Position numbers and translations under genes: made by a program
From: Auanema rhodensis
Lineage: Eukaryota; Animalia; Nematoda
Assembly (NCBI GenBank): GCA_964057225.1
Contig: OZ059894.1
Location: forward strand, 4,898,001 to 4,962,000
Length of the DNA stretch: 64,000 nt
Direction of reading: 5' to 3'
Part shown: positions 1 to 12,540 of the stretch, in pieces
How positions within the stretch are numbered: the first letter of the stretch is position 1
How the letters are laid out: each line of letters opens with the position of its first letter
Notes under the pieces: model-generated
Database searches by the model: none
The model's input: only the letters and a program-made list of their open reading frames with translations
What the model was told of the DNA's origin: nothing

Positions 1-60
1 CGTCTTTGCCTTGAAAAAAGGATCCTAAAAACATCTACTTTTTGCTAAATTATTTTGAAA

Positions 61-72
61 TTTTTCGAAAAA
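61..72. repeat. 12-bp perfect palindrome TTTTTCGAAAAA within a larger AT-rich quasi-palindrome (47-85)
   Basis: Direct reading. It is flanked by TTTTGA (53-58) and TCAAAA (80-85). Confidence 0.9.
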
Positions 73-98
73 ATTTTTGTCAAAATTTTTTGGAAGCA

Positions 99-126
99 AT
101 GTTGAGTGTACATGGAAACTCAACAT
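99..126. repeat. Perfect 9-bp inverted repeat in each monomer (ATGTTGAGT-10 nt-ACTCAACAT)
   Basis: 99-107 is the reverse complement of 118-126. The stem extends to 10 bp in GCTATG monomers of domain C. Confidence 0.95.
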
Positions 127-209
127 ACACTAATGCATCATTTTTCAAACGATCATAACTAATTTTTGTATCAAGCGTTTTTCAATGTAGTATAGTGCAT
201 TCGATGCGG

Positions 210-260
210 ATTTTTAAGCTGCGTCGATCTGTGTTATCAGATTTGCGCTAGCTTAAAAAT
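210..260. repeat. 51-nt imperfect hairpin in each monomer (ATTTTTAAGCT/AGCTTAAAAAT outer stem, GCG/CGC, ATCTG/CAGAT inner stem)
   Basis: 210-220 pairs perfectly with 250-260 (11 bp). 221-223 pairs with 246-248. 227-231 pairs with 238-242. The loop is TGTTAT. Confidence 0.9.
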
Positions 261-627
261 GCACCGAGATATCAACTGATACAAGTTCACACTTATATCC
301 TCGATTTTCACCCTGAAGAAATAATTTTTTCGTTGAATAACATTGTCCATCGTCTTTGCCTTAAAAAAAGGATTCTAAAAACATCTACTTTTTGCTAAAT
401 TATTTTGAAATTTTTCGAAAAAATTTTTGTCAAAATTTTTTGGAAGCAGTGTTGAGTGTACATGGAAACTCAAAATACACTAATGCATCATTTTTCAAAC
501 GATCATAACTAATTTCTGTATTAAGCTTCTCTCAATGTAGTATAGTGCATTCGATGCGGATTTTTAAGCTGCGTCGATCTGTGTTATCAGATTTGCGCTA
601 GCTTAAAAATGCACCGAGATATCAACT

Positions 628-649
628 GATATAAGTTCACACTTATATC
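628..649. repeat. Perfect 9-bp inverted repeat with 4-nt loop (GATATAAGT-TCAC-ACTTATATC), monomer positions 278-299
   Basis: Shown in monomer 2. It is broken by the GATACAAG allele in many domain-A monomers and intact in almost all of B and C. Confidence 0.93.
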
Positions 650-3600
650 CTCGATTTTCACCCTGAAGAATTAATTTTTTCGTTGAATAACATTGTCTAT
701 CGTCTTTGCGTTGAAAAATGGAATCTAAAAACATCTACTTTTTGCTAAATTATTTTGAAATTTTTCGAAAAAATTTTTGTCAAAATGTTTTTGGAAGCAA
801 TGTTGAGTGTACATGGAAACTCAACATACACTAATGCATCATTTTTCAAACGATCATAACTAATTTTTATATTAAGCGTTTCTCAATGTAGTATAGTGCA
901 TTCGATGCGGATTTTTAAGCTGCGTCGATCTGTGTTATCAGATTTGCGCTAGCTTAAAAATGCACCGAGATATCAACTGATATAAGTTCACACTTATATC
1001 CTCGATTTTCACCCTGAAGAAATAATTTTTTCGTTGAATAACATTGTCCATCGTCTTTGCCTTGAAAAAAGGATTCTAAAAACATCTACTTTTTGCTAAA
1101 TTATTTTGAAATTTTTCGAAAAAATTTTTGTCAAAATTTTTTGGAAGCAATGTTGAGTGTACATAGAAACTCAACATACACTAATGCATCATTTTTCAAA
1201 CGATCATAACTAATTTTTGTATCAAGCGTTTTTCAATGTAGTATAGTGCATTCGATGCGGATTTTTAAGCTGCGTCGATCTGTGTTATCAGATTTGCGCT
1301 AGCTTAAAAATGCACCGAGATATCAACTGATATAAGTTCACACTTATATCCTCGATTTTCACCCTGAAGAAATAATTTTTTCGTTGAATAACTTTGTCCA
1401 TCGTCTTTGCCTTGAAAAAAGGATTCTAAAAACATCTACTTTTTGCTAAATTATCTTGAAATTTTTCGAAAAAATTTTTGTCAAAATTTTTTGGAAGCAA
1501 TGTTGAGTGTACATGGAAACTCAACATACACTAATGCATCATTTTTCAAACGATCATAACTAATTTTTGTATCAAGCGTTTTTCAATGTAGTATAGTGCA
1601 TTCGATGCGGATTTTTAAGCTGCGTCGATCTGTGTTATCAGATTTGCGCTAGCTTAAAAATGCACCGAGATATCAACTGATACAAGTTCACACTTATATC
1701 CTCGATTTTCACCCTGAAGAAATAATTTTTTCGTTGAATAACATTGTCCATCGTCTTTGCCTTGAAAAAAGGATTCTAAAAACATTTACTTTTTGCTAAA
1801 TTATTTTGAAATTTTTCGAAAAAATTTTTGTCAAAATGTTTTTGGAAGCAGTGTTGAGTGTACATGGAAACTCAACATACACTAATGCATCATTTTTCAA
1901 ACGATCATAACTAATTTTTGTATTAAGCTTCTCTCAATGTAGTATAGTGCATTCGATGCGGATTTTTGAGCTGCGTCGATCTGTGTTATCAGATTTGCGC
2001 TAGCTTAAAAATGCACCGAGATATCAACTGATATAAGTTCACACTTATATCCTCGATTTTCACCCTGAAGAAATAATTTTTTCGTTGAATAACATTGTCC
2101 ATCGTCTTTGCCTTGAAAAAAGGATTCTAAAAACATCTACTTTTTGCTAAATTATTTTGAAATTTTTCGAAAAAATTTTTGTCAAAATTTTTTGGAAGCA
2201 ATGTTGAGTGTACATGGAAACTCAACATACACTAATGCATCATTTTTCAAACGATCATAACTAATTTTTGTATTAAGCTTCTCTCAATGTAGTATAGTGC
2301 ATTCGATGCGGATTTTTGAGCTGCGTCGATCTGTGTTATCAGATTTGCGCTAGCTTAAAAATGCACCGAGATATCAACTGATATAAGTTCACACTTATAT
2401 CCTCGATTTTCACCCTGAAGAAATAATTTTTTCGTTGAATAACATTGTCCATCGTCTTTGCCTTGAAAAAAGGATTCTAAAAACATCTACTTTTTGCTAA
2501 ATTATTTTGAAATTTTTCGAAAAAATTTTTGTCAAAATTTTTTGGAAGCAATGTTGAGTGTACATGGAAACTCAACATACACTAATGCATCATTTTTCAA
2601 ACGATCATAACTAATTTTTGTATCAAGCGTTTTTCAATGTAGTATAGTGCATTCGATGCGGATTTTTAAGCTGCGTCGATCTGTGTTATCAGATTTGCGC
2701 TAGCTTAAAAATGCACCGAGATATCAACTGATATAAGTTCATACTTATATCCTCGATTTTCACCCTGAAGAAATAATTTTTTCGTTGAATAACATTGTCC
2801 ATCGTCTTTGCGTTGAAAAAAGGATCCTAAAAACATCTACTTTTTGCTAAATTATTTTGAAATTTTTCGAAAAAATTTTTGTCAAAATTTTTTGGAAGCA
2901 ATGTTGAGTGTACATGGAAACTCAACATACACTAATGCATCATTTTTCAAACGATCATAACTAATTTTTGTATCAAGCGTTTTTCAATGTAGTATAGTGC
3001 ATTCGATGCGGATTTTTAAGCTGCGTCGATCTGTGTTATCAGATTTGCGCTAGCTTAAAAATGCACCGAGATATCAACTGATACAAGTTCACACTTATAT
3101 CCTCGATTTTCACCCTGAAGAAATAATTTTTTCGTTGAATAACATTGTCCATCGTCTTTGCCTTGAAAAAAGGATTCTAAAAACATCTACTTTTTGCTAA
3201 ATTATTTTGAAATTTTTCGAAAAAATTTTTGTCAAAATGTTTTTGGAAGCAGTGTTGAGTGTACATGGAAACTCAACATACACTAATGCATCATTTTTCA
3301 AACGATCATAACTAATTTTTGTATCAAGCGTTTTTCAATGTAGTATAGTGCATTCGATGCGGATTTTTAAGCTGCGTCGATCTGTGTTATCAGATTTGCG
3401 CTAGCTTAAAAATGCACCGAGATATCAACTGATATAAGTTCACACTTATATCCTCGATTTTCACCCTGAAGAAATAATTTTTTCGTTGAATAACATTGTC
3501 CATCGTCTTTGCCTTGAAAAAAGGATTCTAAAAACATCTACTTTTTGCTAAATTATTTTGAAATTTTTCGAAAAAATTTTTGTCAAAATTTTTTGGAAGC

Positions 3601-6600
3601 AATGTTGAGTGTACATGGAAACTCAACATACACTAATGCATCATTTTTCAAACGATCATAACTAATTTTTGTATCAAGCGTTTTTCAATGTAGTATAGTG
3701 CATTCGATGCGGATTTTTAAGCTGCGTCGATCTGTGTTATCAGATTTGCGCTAGCTTAAAAATGCACCGAGATATCAACTGATATAAGTTCATACTTATA
3801 TCCTCGATTTTCACCCTGAAGAAATAATTTTTTCGTTGAATAACATTGTCCATCGTCTTTGCGTTGAAAAAAGGATCCTAAAAACATCTACTTTTTGCTA
3901 AATTATTTTGAAATTTTTCGAAAAAATTTTTGTCAAAATTTTTTGGAAGCAATGTTGAGTGTACATGGAAACTCAACATACACTAATGCATCATTTTTCA
4001 AACGATCATAACTAATTTTTGTATCAAGCGTTTTTCAATGTAGTATAGTGCATTCGATGCGGATTTTTAAGCTGCGTCGATCTGTGTTATCAGATTTGCG
4101 CTAGCTTAAAAATGCACCGAGATATCAACTGATACAAGTTCACACTTATATCCTCGATTTTCACCCTGAAGAAATAATTTTTTCGTTGAATAACATTGTC
4201 CATCGTCTTTGCCTTGAAAAAAGGATTCTAAAAACATCTACTTTTTGCTAAATTATTTTGAAATTTTTCGAAAAAATTTTTGTCAAAATGTTTTTGGAAG
4301 CAGTGTTGAGTGTACATGGAAACTCAACATACACTAATGCATCATTTTTCAAACGATCATAACTAATTTTTGTATCAAGCGTTTTTCAATGTAGTATAGT
4401 GCATTCGATGCGGATTTTTAAGCTGCGTCGATCTGTGTTATCAGATTTGCGCTAGCTTAAAAATGCACCGAGATATCAACTGATACAAGTTCACACTTAT
4501 ATCCTCGATTTTCACCCTGAAGAAATAATTTTTTCGTTGAATAACATTGTCCATCGTCTTTGCCTTGAAAAAAGGATTCTAAAAACATTTACTTTTTGCT
4601 AAATTATTTTGAAATTTTTCGAAAAAATTTTTGTCAAAATGTTTTTGGAAGCAGTGTTGAGTGTACATGGAAACTCAACATACACTAATGCATCATTTTT
4701 CAAACGATCATAACTAATTTTTGTATCAAGCGTTTTTCAATGTAGTATAGTGCATTCGATGCGGATTTTTAAGCTGCGTCGATCTGTGTTATCAGATTTG
4801 CGCTAGCTTAAAAATGCACCGAGATATCAACTGATATAAGTTCATACTTATATCCTCGATTTTCTACCTGAAGAAATAATTTTTTCGTTGAATAACATTG
4901 TCCATCGTCTTTGCCTTGAAAAAAGGATCCTAAAAACATCTACTTTTTGCTAAATTATTTTGAAATTTTTCGAAAAAATTTTTGTCAAAATTTTTTGGAA
5001 GCAATGTTGAGTGTACATGGAAACTCAACATACACTAATGCATCATTTTTCAAACGATCATAACTAATTTTTGTATCAAGCGTTTTTCAATGTAGTATAG
5101 TGCATTCGATGCGGATTTTTAAGCTGCGTCGATCTGTGTTATCAGATTTGCGCTAGCTTAAAAATGCACCGAGATATCAACTGATATAAGTTCACACTTA
5201 TATCCTCGATTTTCACCCTGAAGAATTAATTTTTTCGTTGAATAACATTGTCTATCGTCTTTGCGTTGAAAAATGGAATCTAAAAACATCTACTTTTTGC
5301 TAAATTATTTTGAAATTTTTCGAAAAAATTTTTGTCAAAATGTTTTTGGAAGCAATGTTGAGTGTACATGGAAACTCAAAATACACTAATGCATCATTTT
5401 TCAAACGATCATAACTAATTTCTGTATTAAGCTTCTCTCAATGTAGTATAGTGCATTCGATGCGGATTTTTAAGCTGCGTCGATCTGTGTTATCAGATTT
5501 GCGCTAGCTTAAAAATGCACCGAGATATCAACTGATATAAGTTCACACTTATATCCTCGATTTTCACCCTGAAGAATTAATTTTTTTTGTTGAATAACAT
5601 TGTCTATCGTCTTTGCGTTGAAAAATGGAATCTAAAAACATCTACTTTTTGCTAAATTATTTTGAAATTTTTCGAAAAAATTTTTGTCAAAATTTTTTGG
5701 AAGCAATGTTGAGTGTACATGGAAACTCAACATACACTAATGCATCATTTTTCAAACGATCATAACTAATTTCTGTATTAAGCTTCTCTCAATGTAGTAT
5801 AGTGCATTCGATGCGGATTTTTAAGCTGCGTCGATCTGTGTTATCAGATTTGCGCTAGCTTAAAAATGCACCGAGATATCAACTGATATAAGTTCACACT
5901 TATATCCTCGATTTTCACCCTGAAGAATTAATTTTTTCGTTGAATAACATTGTCTATCGTCTTTGCGTTGAAAAATGGAATCTAAAAACATCTACTTTTT
6001 GCTAAATTATTTTGAAATTTTTCGAAAAAATTTTTGTCAAAATGTTTTTGGAAGCAATGTTGAGTGTACATGGAAACTCAAAATACACTAATGCATCATT
6101 TTTCAAACGATCATAACTAATTTCTGTATTAAGCTTCACTCAATGTAGTATAGTGCATTCTATGCGGATTTTTAAGCTGCGTCGATCTGTGTTATCAGAT
6201 TTGCGCTAGCTTAAAAATGCACCGAGATATCAACTGATATAAGTTCACACTTATATCCTCGATTTTCACCCTGAAGAATTAATTTTTTCGTTGAATAACA
6301 TTGTCTATCGTCTTTGCGTTGAAAAATGGAATCTAAAAACATCTACTTTTTGCTAAATTATTTTGAAATTTTTCGAAAAAATTTTTGTCAAAATGTTTTT
6401 GGAAGCAATGTTGAGTGTACATGGAAACTCAACATACACTAATGCATCATTTTTCAAACGATCATAACTAATTTTTGTATCAAGCGTTTTTCAATGTAGT
6501 ATAGTGCATTCGATGCGGATTTTTAAGCTGCGTCGATCTGTGTTATCAGATTTGCGCTAGCTTAAAAATGCACCGAGATATCAACTGATACAAGTTCACA

Positions 6601-9139
6601 CTTATATCCTCGATTTTCACCCTGAAGAAATAATTTTTTCGTTGAATAACATTGTCCATCGTCTTTGCCTTGAAAAAAGGATTCTAAAAACATCTACTTT
6701 TTGCTAAATTATTTTGAAATTTTTCGAAAAAATTTTTGTCAAAATGTTTTTGGAAGCAGTGTTGAGTGTACATGGAAACTCAACATACACTAATGCATCA
6801 TTTTTCAAACGATCATAACTAATTTTTGTATCAAGCGTTTTTCAATGTAGTATAGTGCATTCGATGCGGATTTTTAAGCTGCGTCGATCTGTGTTATCAG
6901 ATTTGCGCTAGCTTAAAAATGCACCGAGATATCAACTGATACAAGTTCACACTTATATCCTCGATTTTCACCCTGAAGAAATAATTTTTTCGTTGAATAA
7001 CATTGTCCATCGTCTTTGCCTTGAAAAAAGGATTCTAAAAACATTTACTTTTTGCTAAATTATTTTGAAATTTTTCGAAAAAATTTTTGTCAAAATGTTT
7101 TTGGAAGCAGTGTTGAGTGTACATGGAAACTCAACATACACTAATGCATCATTTTTCAAACGATCATAACTAATTTTTGTATCAAGCGTTTTTCAATGTA
7201 GTATAGTGCATTCGATGCGGATTTTTAAGCTGCGTCGATCTGTGTTATCAGATTTGCGCTAGCTTAAAAATGCACCGAGATATCAACTGATATAAGTTCA
7301 TACTTATATCCTCGATTTTCACCCTGAAGAAATAATTTTTTTGTTGAATAACATTGTCCATCGTCTTTGCCTTGAAAAAAGGATCCTAAAAACATCTACT
7401 TTTTGCTAAATTATTTTGAAATTTTTCGAAAAAATTTTTGTCAAAATTTTTTGGAAGCAGTGTTGAGTGTACATGGAAACTCAAAATACACTAATGCATC
7501 ATTTTTCAAACGATCATAACTAATTTCTGTATTAAGCTTCTCTCAATGTAGTATAGTGCATTCGATGCGGATTTTTAAGCTGCGTCGATCTGTGTTATCA
7601 GATTTGTGCTAGCTTAAAAATGCACCGAGATATCAACTGATATAAGTTCACACTTATATCCTCGATTTTCACCCTGAAGAATTAATTTTTTCGTTGAATA
7701 ACATTGTCTATCGTCTTTGCGTTGAAAAATGGAATCTAAAAACATCTACTTTTTGCTAAATTATTTTGAAATTTTTCGAAAAAATTTTTGTCAAAATGTT
7801 TTTGGAAGCAATGTTGAGTGTACATGGAAACTCAACATACACTAATGCATCATTTTTCAAACGATCATAACTAATTTTTATATTAAGCGTTTCTCAATGT
7901 AGTATAGTGCATTCGATGCGGATTTTTAAGCTGCGTCGATCTGTGTTATCAGATTTGCGCTAGCTTAAAAATGCACCGAGATATCAACTGATATAAGTTC
8001 ACACTTATATCCTCGATTTTCACCCTGAAGAAATAATTTTTTCGTTGAATAACATTGTCCATCGTCTTTGCCTTGAAAAAAGGATTCTAAAAACATCTAC
8101 TTTTTGCTAAATTATTTTGAAATTTTTCGAAAAAATTTTTGTCAAAATTTTTTGGAAGCAATGTTGAGTGTACATAGAAACTCAACATACACTAATGCAT
8201 CATTTTTCAAACGATCATAACTAATTTTTGTATCAAGCGTTTTTCAATGTAGTATAGTGCATTCGATGCGGATTTTTAAGCTGCGTCGATCTGTGTTATC
8301 AGATTTGCGCTAGCTTAAAAATGCACCGAGATATCAACTGATACAAGTTCACACTTATATCCTCGATTTTCACCCTGAAGAAATAATTTTTTCGTTGAAT
8401 AACATTGTCCATCGTCTTTGCCTTGAAAAAAGGATTCTAAAAACATTTACTTTTTGCTAAATTATTTTGAAATTTTTCGAAAAAATTTTTGTCAAAATGT
8501 TTTTGGAAGCAGTGTTGAGTGTACATGGAAACTCAACATACACTAATGCATCATTTTTCAAACGATCATAACTAATTTTTGTATCAAGCGTTTTTCAATG
8601 TAGTATAGTGCATTCGATGCGGATTTTTAAGCTGCGTCGATCTGTGTTATCAGATTTGCGCTAGCTTAAAAATGCACCGAGATATCAACTGATATAAGTT
8701 CATACTTATATCCTCGATTTTCACCCTGAAGAAATAATTTTTTCGTTGAATAACATTGTCCATCGTCTTTGCCTTGAAAAAAGGATCCTAAAAACATCTA
8801 CTTTTTGCTAAATTATTTTGAAATTTTTCGAAAAAATTTTTGTCAAAATTTTTTGGAAGCAATGTTGAGTGTACATGGAAACTCAACATACACTAATGCA
8901 TCATTTTTCAAACGATCATAACTAATTTTTGTATCAAGCGTTTTTCAATGTAGTATAGTGCATTCGATGCGGATTTTTAAGCTGCGTCGATCTGTGTTAT
9001 CAGATTTGCGCTAGCTTAAAAATGCACCGAGATATCAACTGATACAAGTTCACACTTATATCCTCGATTTTCACCCTGAAGAAATAATTTTTTCGTTGAA
9101 TAACATTGTCCATCGTCTTTGCCTTAAAAAAAGGATTCT

Positions 9140-12100
9140 AAAAACATCTACTTTTTGCTAAATTATTTTGACATTTTTCGAAAAAATTTTTGTCAAAATT
9201 TTTTGGAAGCAATGTTGAGTGTACATGGAAACTCAACATACACTAATGCATCATTTTTCAAACGATCATAACTAATTTTTGTATCAAGCGTTTTTCAATG
9301 TAGTATAGTGCATTCGATGCGGATTTTTAAGCTGCGTCGATCTGTGTTATCAGATTTGCGCTAGCTTAAAAATGCACCGAGATATCAACTGATACAAGTT
9401 CACACTTATATCCTCGATTTTCACCCTGAAGAAATAATTTTTTCGTTGAATAACATTGTCCATCGTCTTTGCCTTAAAAAAAGGATTCTAAAAACATCTA
9501 CTTTTTGCTAAATTATTTTGAAATTTTTCGAAAAAATTTTTGTCAAAATTTTTTGGAAGCAGTGTTGAGTGTACATGGAAACTCAAAATACACTAATGCA
9601 TCATTTTTCAAACGATCATAACTAATTTCTGTATTAAGCTTCTCTCAATGTAGTATAGTGCATTCGATGCGGATTTTTAAGCTGCGTCGATCTGTGTTAT
9701 CAGATTTGCGCTAGCTTAAAAATGCACCGAGATATCAACTGATATAAGTTCACACTTATATCCTCGATTTTCACCCTGAAGAATTAATTTTTTCGTTGAA
9801 TAACATTGTCTATCGTCTTTGCGTTGAAAAATGGAATCTAAAAACATCTACTTTTTGCTAAATTATTTTGAAATTTTTCGAAAAAATTTTTGTCAAAATG
9901 TTTTTGGAAGCAATGTTGAGTGTACATGGAAACTCAACATACACTAATGCATCATTTTTCAAACGATCATAACTAATTTTTGTATCAAGCGTTTTTCAAT
10001 GTAGTATAGTGCATTCGATGCGGATTTTTAAGCTGCGTCGATCTGTGTTATCAGATTTGCGCTAGCTTAAAAATGCACCGAGATATCAACTGATACAAGT
10101 TCACACTTATATCCTCGATTTTCACCCTGAAGAAATAATTTTTTCGTTGAATAACATTGTCCATCGTCTTTGCCTTGAAAAAAGGATTCTAAAAACATCT
10201 ACTTTTTGCTAAATTATTTTGAAATTTTTCGAAAAAATTTTTGTCAAAATGTTTTTGGAAGCAGTGTTGAGTGTACATGGAAACTCAACATACACTAATG
10301 CATCATTTTTCAAACGATCATAACTAATTTTTGTATCAAGCGTTTTTCAATGTAGTATAGTGCATTCGATGCGGATTTTTAAGCTGCGTCGATCTGTGTT
10401 ATCAGATTTGCGCTAGCTTAAAATTGCACCGAGATATCAACTGATACAAGTTCACACTTATATCCTCGATTTTCACCCTGAAGAAATAATTTTTTCGTTG
10501 AATAACATTGTCCATCGTCTTTGCCTTGAAAAAAGGATTCTAAAAACATTTACTTTTTGCTAAATTATTTTGAAATTTTTCGAAAAAATTTTTGTCAAAA
10601 TGTTTTTGGAAGCAGTGTTGAGTGTACATGGAAACTCAACATACACTAATGCATCATTTTTCAAACGATCATAACTAATTTTTGTATCAAGCGTTTTTCA
10701 ATGTAGTATAGTGCATTCGATGCGGATTTTTAAGCTGCGTCGATCTGTGTTATCAGATTTGCGCTAGCTTAAAAATGCACCGAGATATCAACTGATACAA
10801 GTTCACACTTATATCCTCGATTTTCACCCTGAAGAAATAATTTTTTCGTTGAATAACATTGTCCATCGTCTTTGCCTTGAAAAAAGGATCCTAAAAACAT
10901 CTACTTTTTGCTAAATTATTTTGACATTTTTCGAAAAAATTTTTGTCAAAATTTTTTGGAAGCAATGTTGAGTGTACATGGAAACTCAACATACACTAAT
11001 GCATCATTTTTCAAACGATCATAACTAATTTTTGTATCAAGCGTTTTTCAATGTAGTATAGTGCATTCGATGCGGATTTTTAAGCTGCGTCGATCTGTGT
11101 TATCAGATTTGCGCTAGCTTAAAAATGCACCGAGATATCAACTGATACAAGTTCACACTTATATCCTCGATTTTCACCCTGAAGAAATAATTTTTTCGTT
11201 GAATAACATTGTCCATCGTCTTTGCCTTAAAAAAAGGATTCTAAAAACATCTACTTTTTGCTAAATTATTTTGAAATTTTTCGAAAAAATTTTTGTCAAA
11301 ATTTTTTGGAAGCAGTGTTGAGTGTACATGGAAACTCAAAATACACTAATGCATCATTTTTCAAACGATCATAACTAATTTCTGTATTAAGCTTCTCTCA
11401 ATGTAGTATAGTGCATTCGATGCGGATTTTTAAGCTGCGTCGATCTGTGTTATCAGATTTGCGCTAGCTTAAAAATGCACCGAGATATCAACTGATATAA
11501 GTTCACACTTATATCCTCGATTTTCACCCTGAAGAATTAATTTTTTCGTTGAATAACATTGTCTATCGTCTTTGCGTTGAAAAATGGAATCTAAAAACAT
11601 CTACTTTTTGCTAAATTATTTTGAAATTTTTCGAAAAAATTTTTGTCAAAATGTTTTTGGAAGCAATGTTGAGTGTACATGGAAACTCAACATACACTAA
11701 TGCATCATTTTTCAAACGATCATAACTAATTTTTGTATCAAGCGTTTTTCAATGTAGTATAGTGCATTCGATGCGGATTTTTAAGCTGCGTCGATCTGTG
11801 TTATCAGATTTGCGCTAGCTTAAAAATGCACCGAGATATCAACTGATACAAGTTCACACTTATATCCTCGATTTTCACCCTGAAGAAATAATTTTTTCGT
11901 TGAATAACATTGTCCATCGTCTTTGCCTTGAAAAAAGGATTCTAAAAACATCTACTTTTTGCTAAATTATTTTGAAATTTTTCGAAAAAATTTTTGTCAA
12001 AATGTTTTTGGAAGCAGTGTTGAGTGTACATGGAAACTCAACATACACTAATGCATCATTTTTCAAACGATCATAACTAATTTTTGTATCAAGCGTTTTT

Positions 12101-12540
12101 CAATGTAGTATAGTGCATTCGATGCGGATTTTTAAGCTGCGTCGATCTGTGTTATCAGATTTGCGCTAGCTTAAAATTGCACCGAGATATCAACTGATAC
12201 AAGTTCACACTTATATCCTCGATTTTCACCCTGAAGAAATAATTTTTTCGTTGAATAACATTGTCCATCGTCTTTGCCTTGAAAAAAGGATTCTAAAAAC
12301 ATTTACTTTTTGCTAAATTATTTTGAAATTTTTCGAAAAAATTTTTGTCAAAATGTTTTTGGAAGCAGTGTTGAGTGTACATGGAAACTCAACATACACT
12401 AATGCATCATTTTTCAAACGATCATAACTAATTTTTGTATCAAGCGTTTTTCAATGTAGTATAGTGCATTCGATGCGGATTTTTAAGCTGCGTCGATCTG
12501 TGTTATCAGATTTGCGCTAGCTTAAAAATGCACCGAGATA
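9140..12540. repeat. Tandem duplication of a 5-monomer (1,753-bp) block
   Basis: Rare variants TTTTGACATTT at 9172/10925 and AAAATTGCAC at 10424/12177 are both offset by 1,753. Confidence 0.88.

Larger units (their letters stand above)
1..350. repeat. Representative satellite monomer (350-bp form; phase arbitrary, set by window start)
   Basis: Sequence restarts at 351. The 351-bp form has CAAAATGTTTTTGG instead of CAAAATTTTTTGG (e.g. 781-794). Confidence 0.98.

Noticed and set aside
14-91. Phased A/T tracts implying intrinsic curvature
   Set aside because: The tracts are dense but irregularly spaced (about 4-14 bp) and of mixed orientation. A 10.5-bp phasing cannot be supported without a curvature calculation.
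328-344. CENP-B-box-like TTTCGTTGAATAACATT
   Set aside because: It matches the TTCG and A positions of the box but lacks the essential CGGG, so only 5 of the 9 critical bases are present.
1-350. Monomer as a dimer of ~175-bp subunits
   Set aside because: By eye the two halves share only generic A/T tracts, with no co-linear similarity.
1-350. Tandem 5S rRNA, tRNA, snRNA or spliced-leader gene repeat
   Set aside because: I could not recognise a 5S sequence, tRNA cloverleaf, Pol III A/B boxes or SL exon. AATTTTTG/AATTTTTTGG resemble Sm sites but are expected in T-tract-rich DNA. An Rfam cmscan would settle this.
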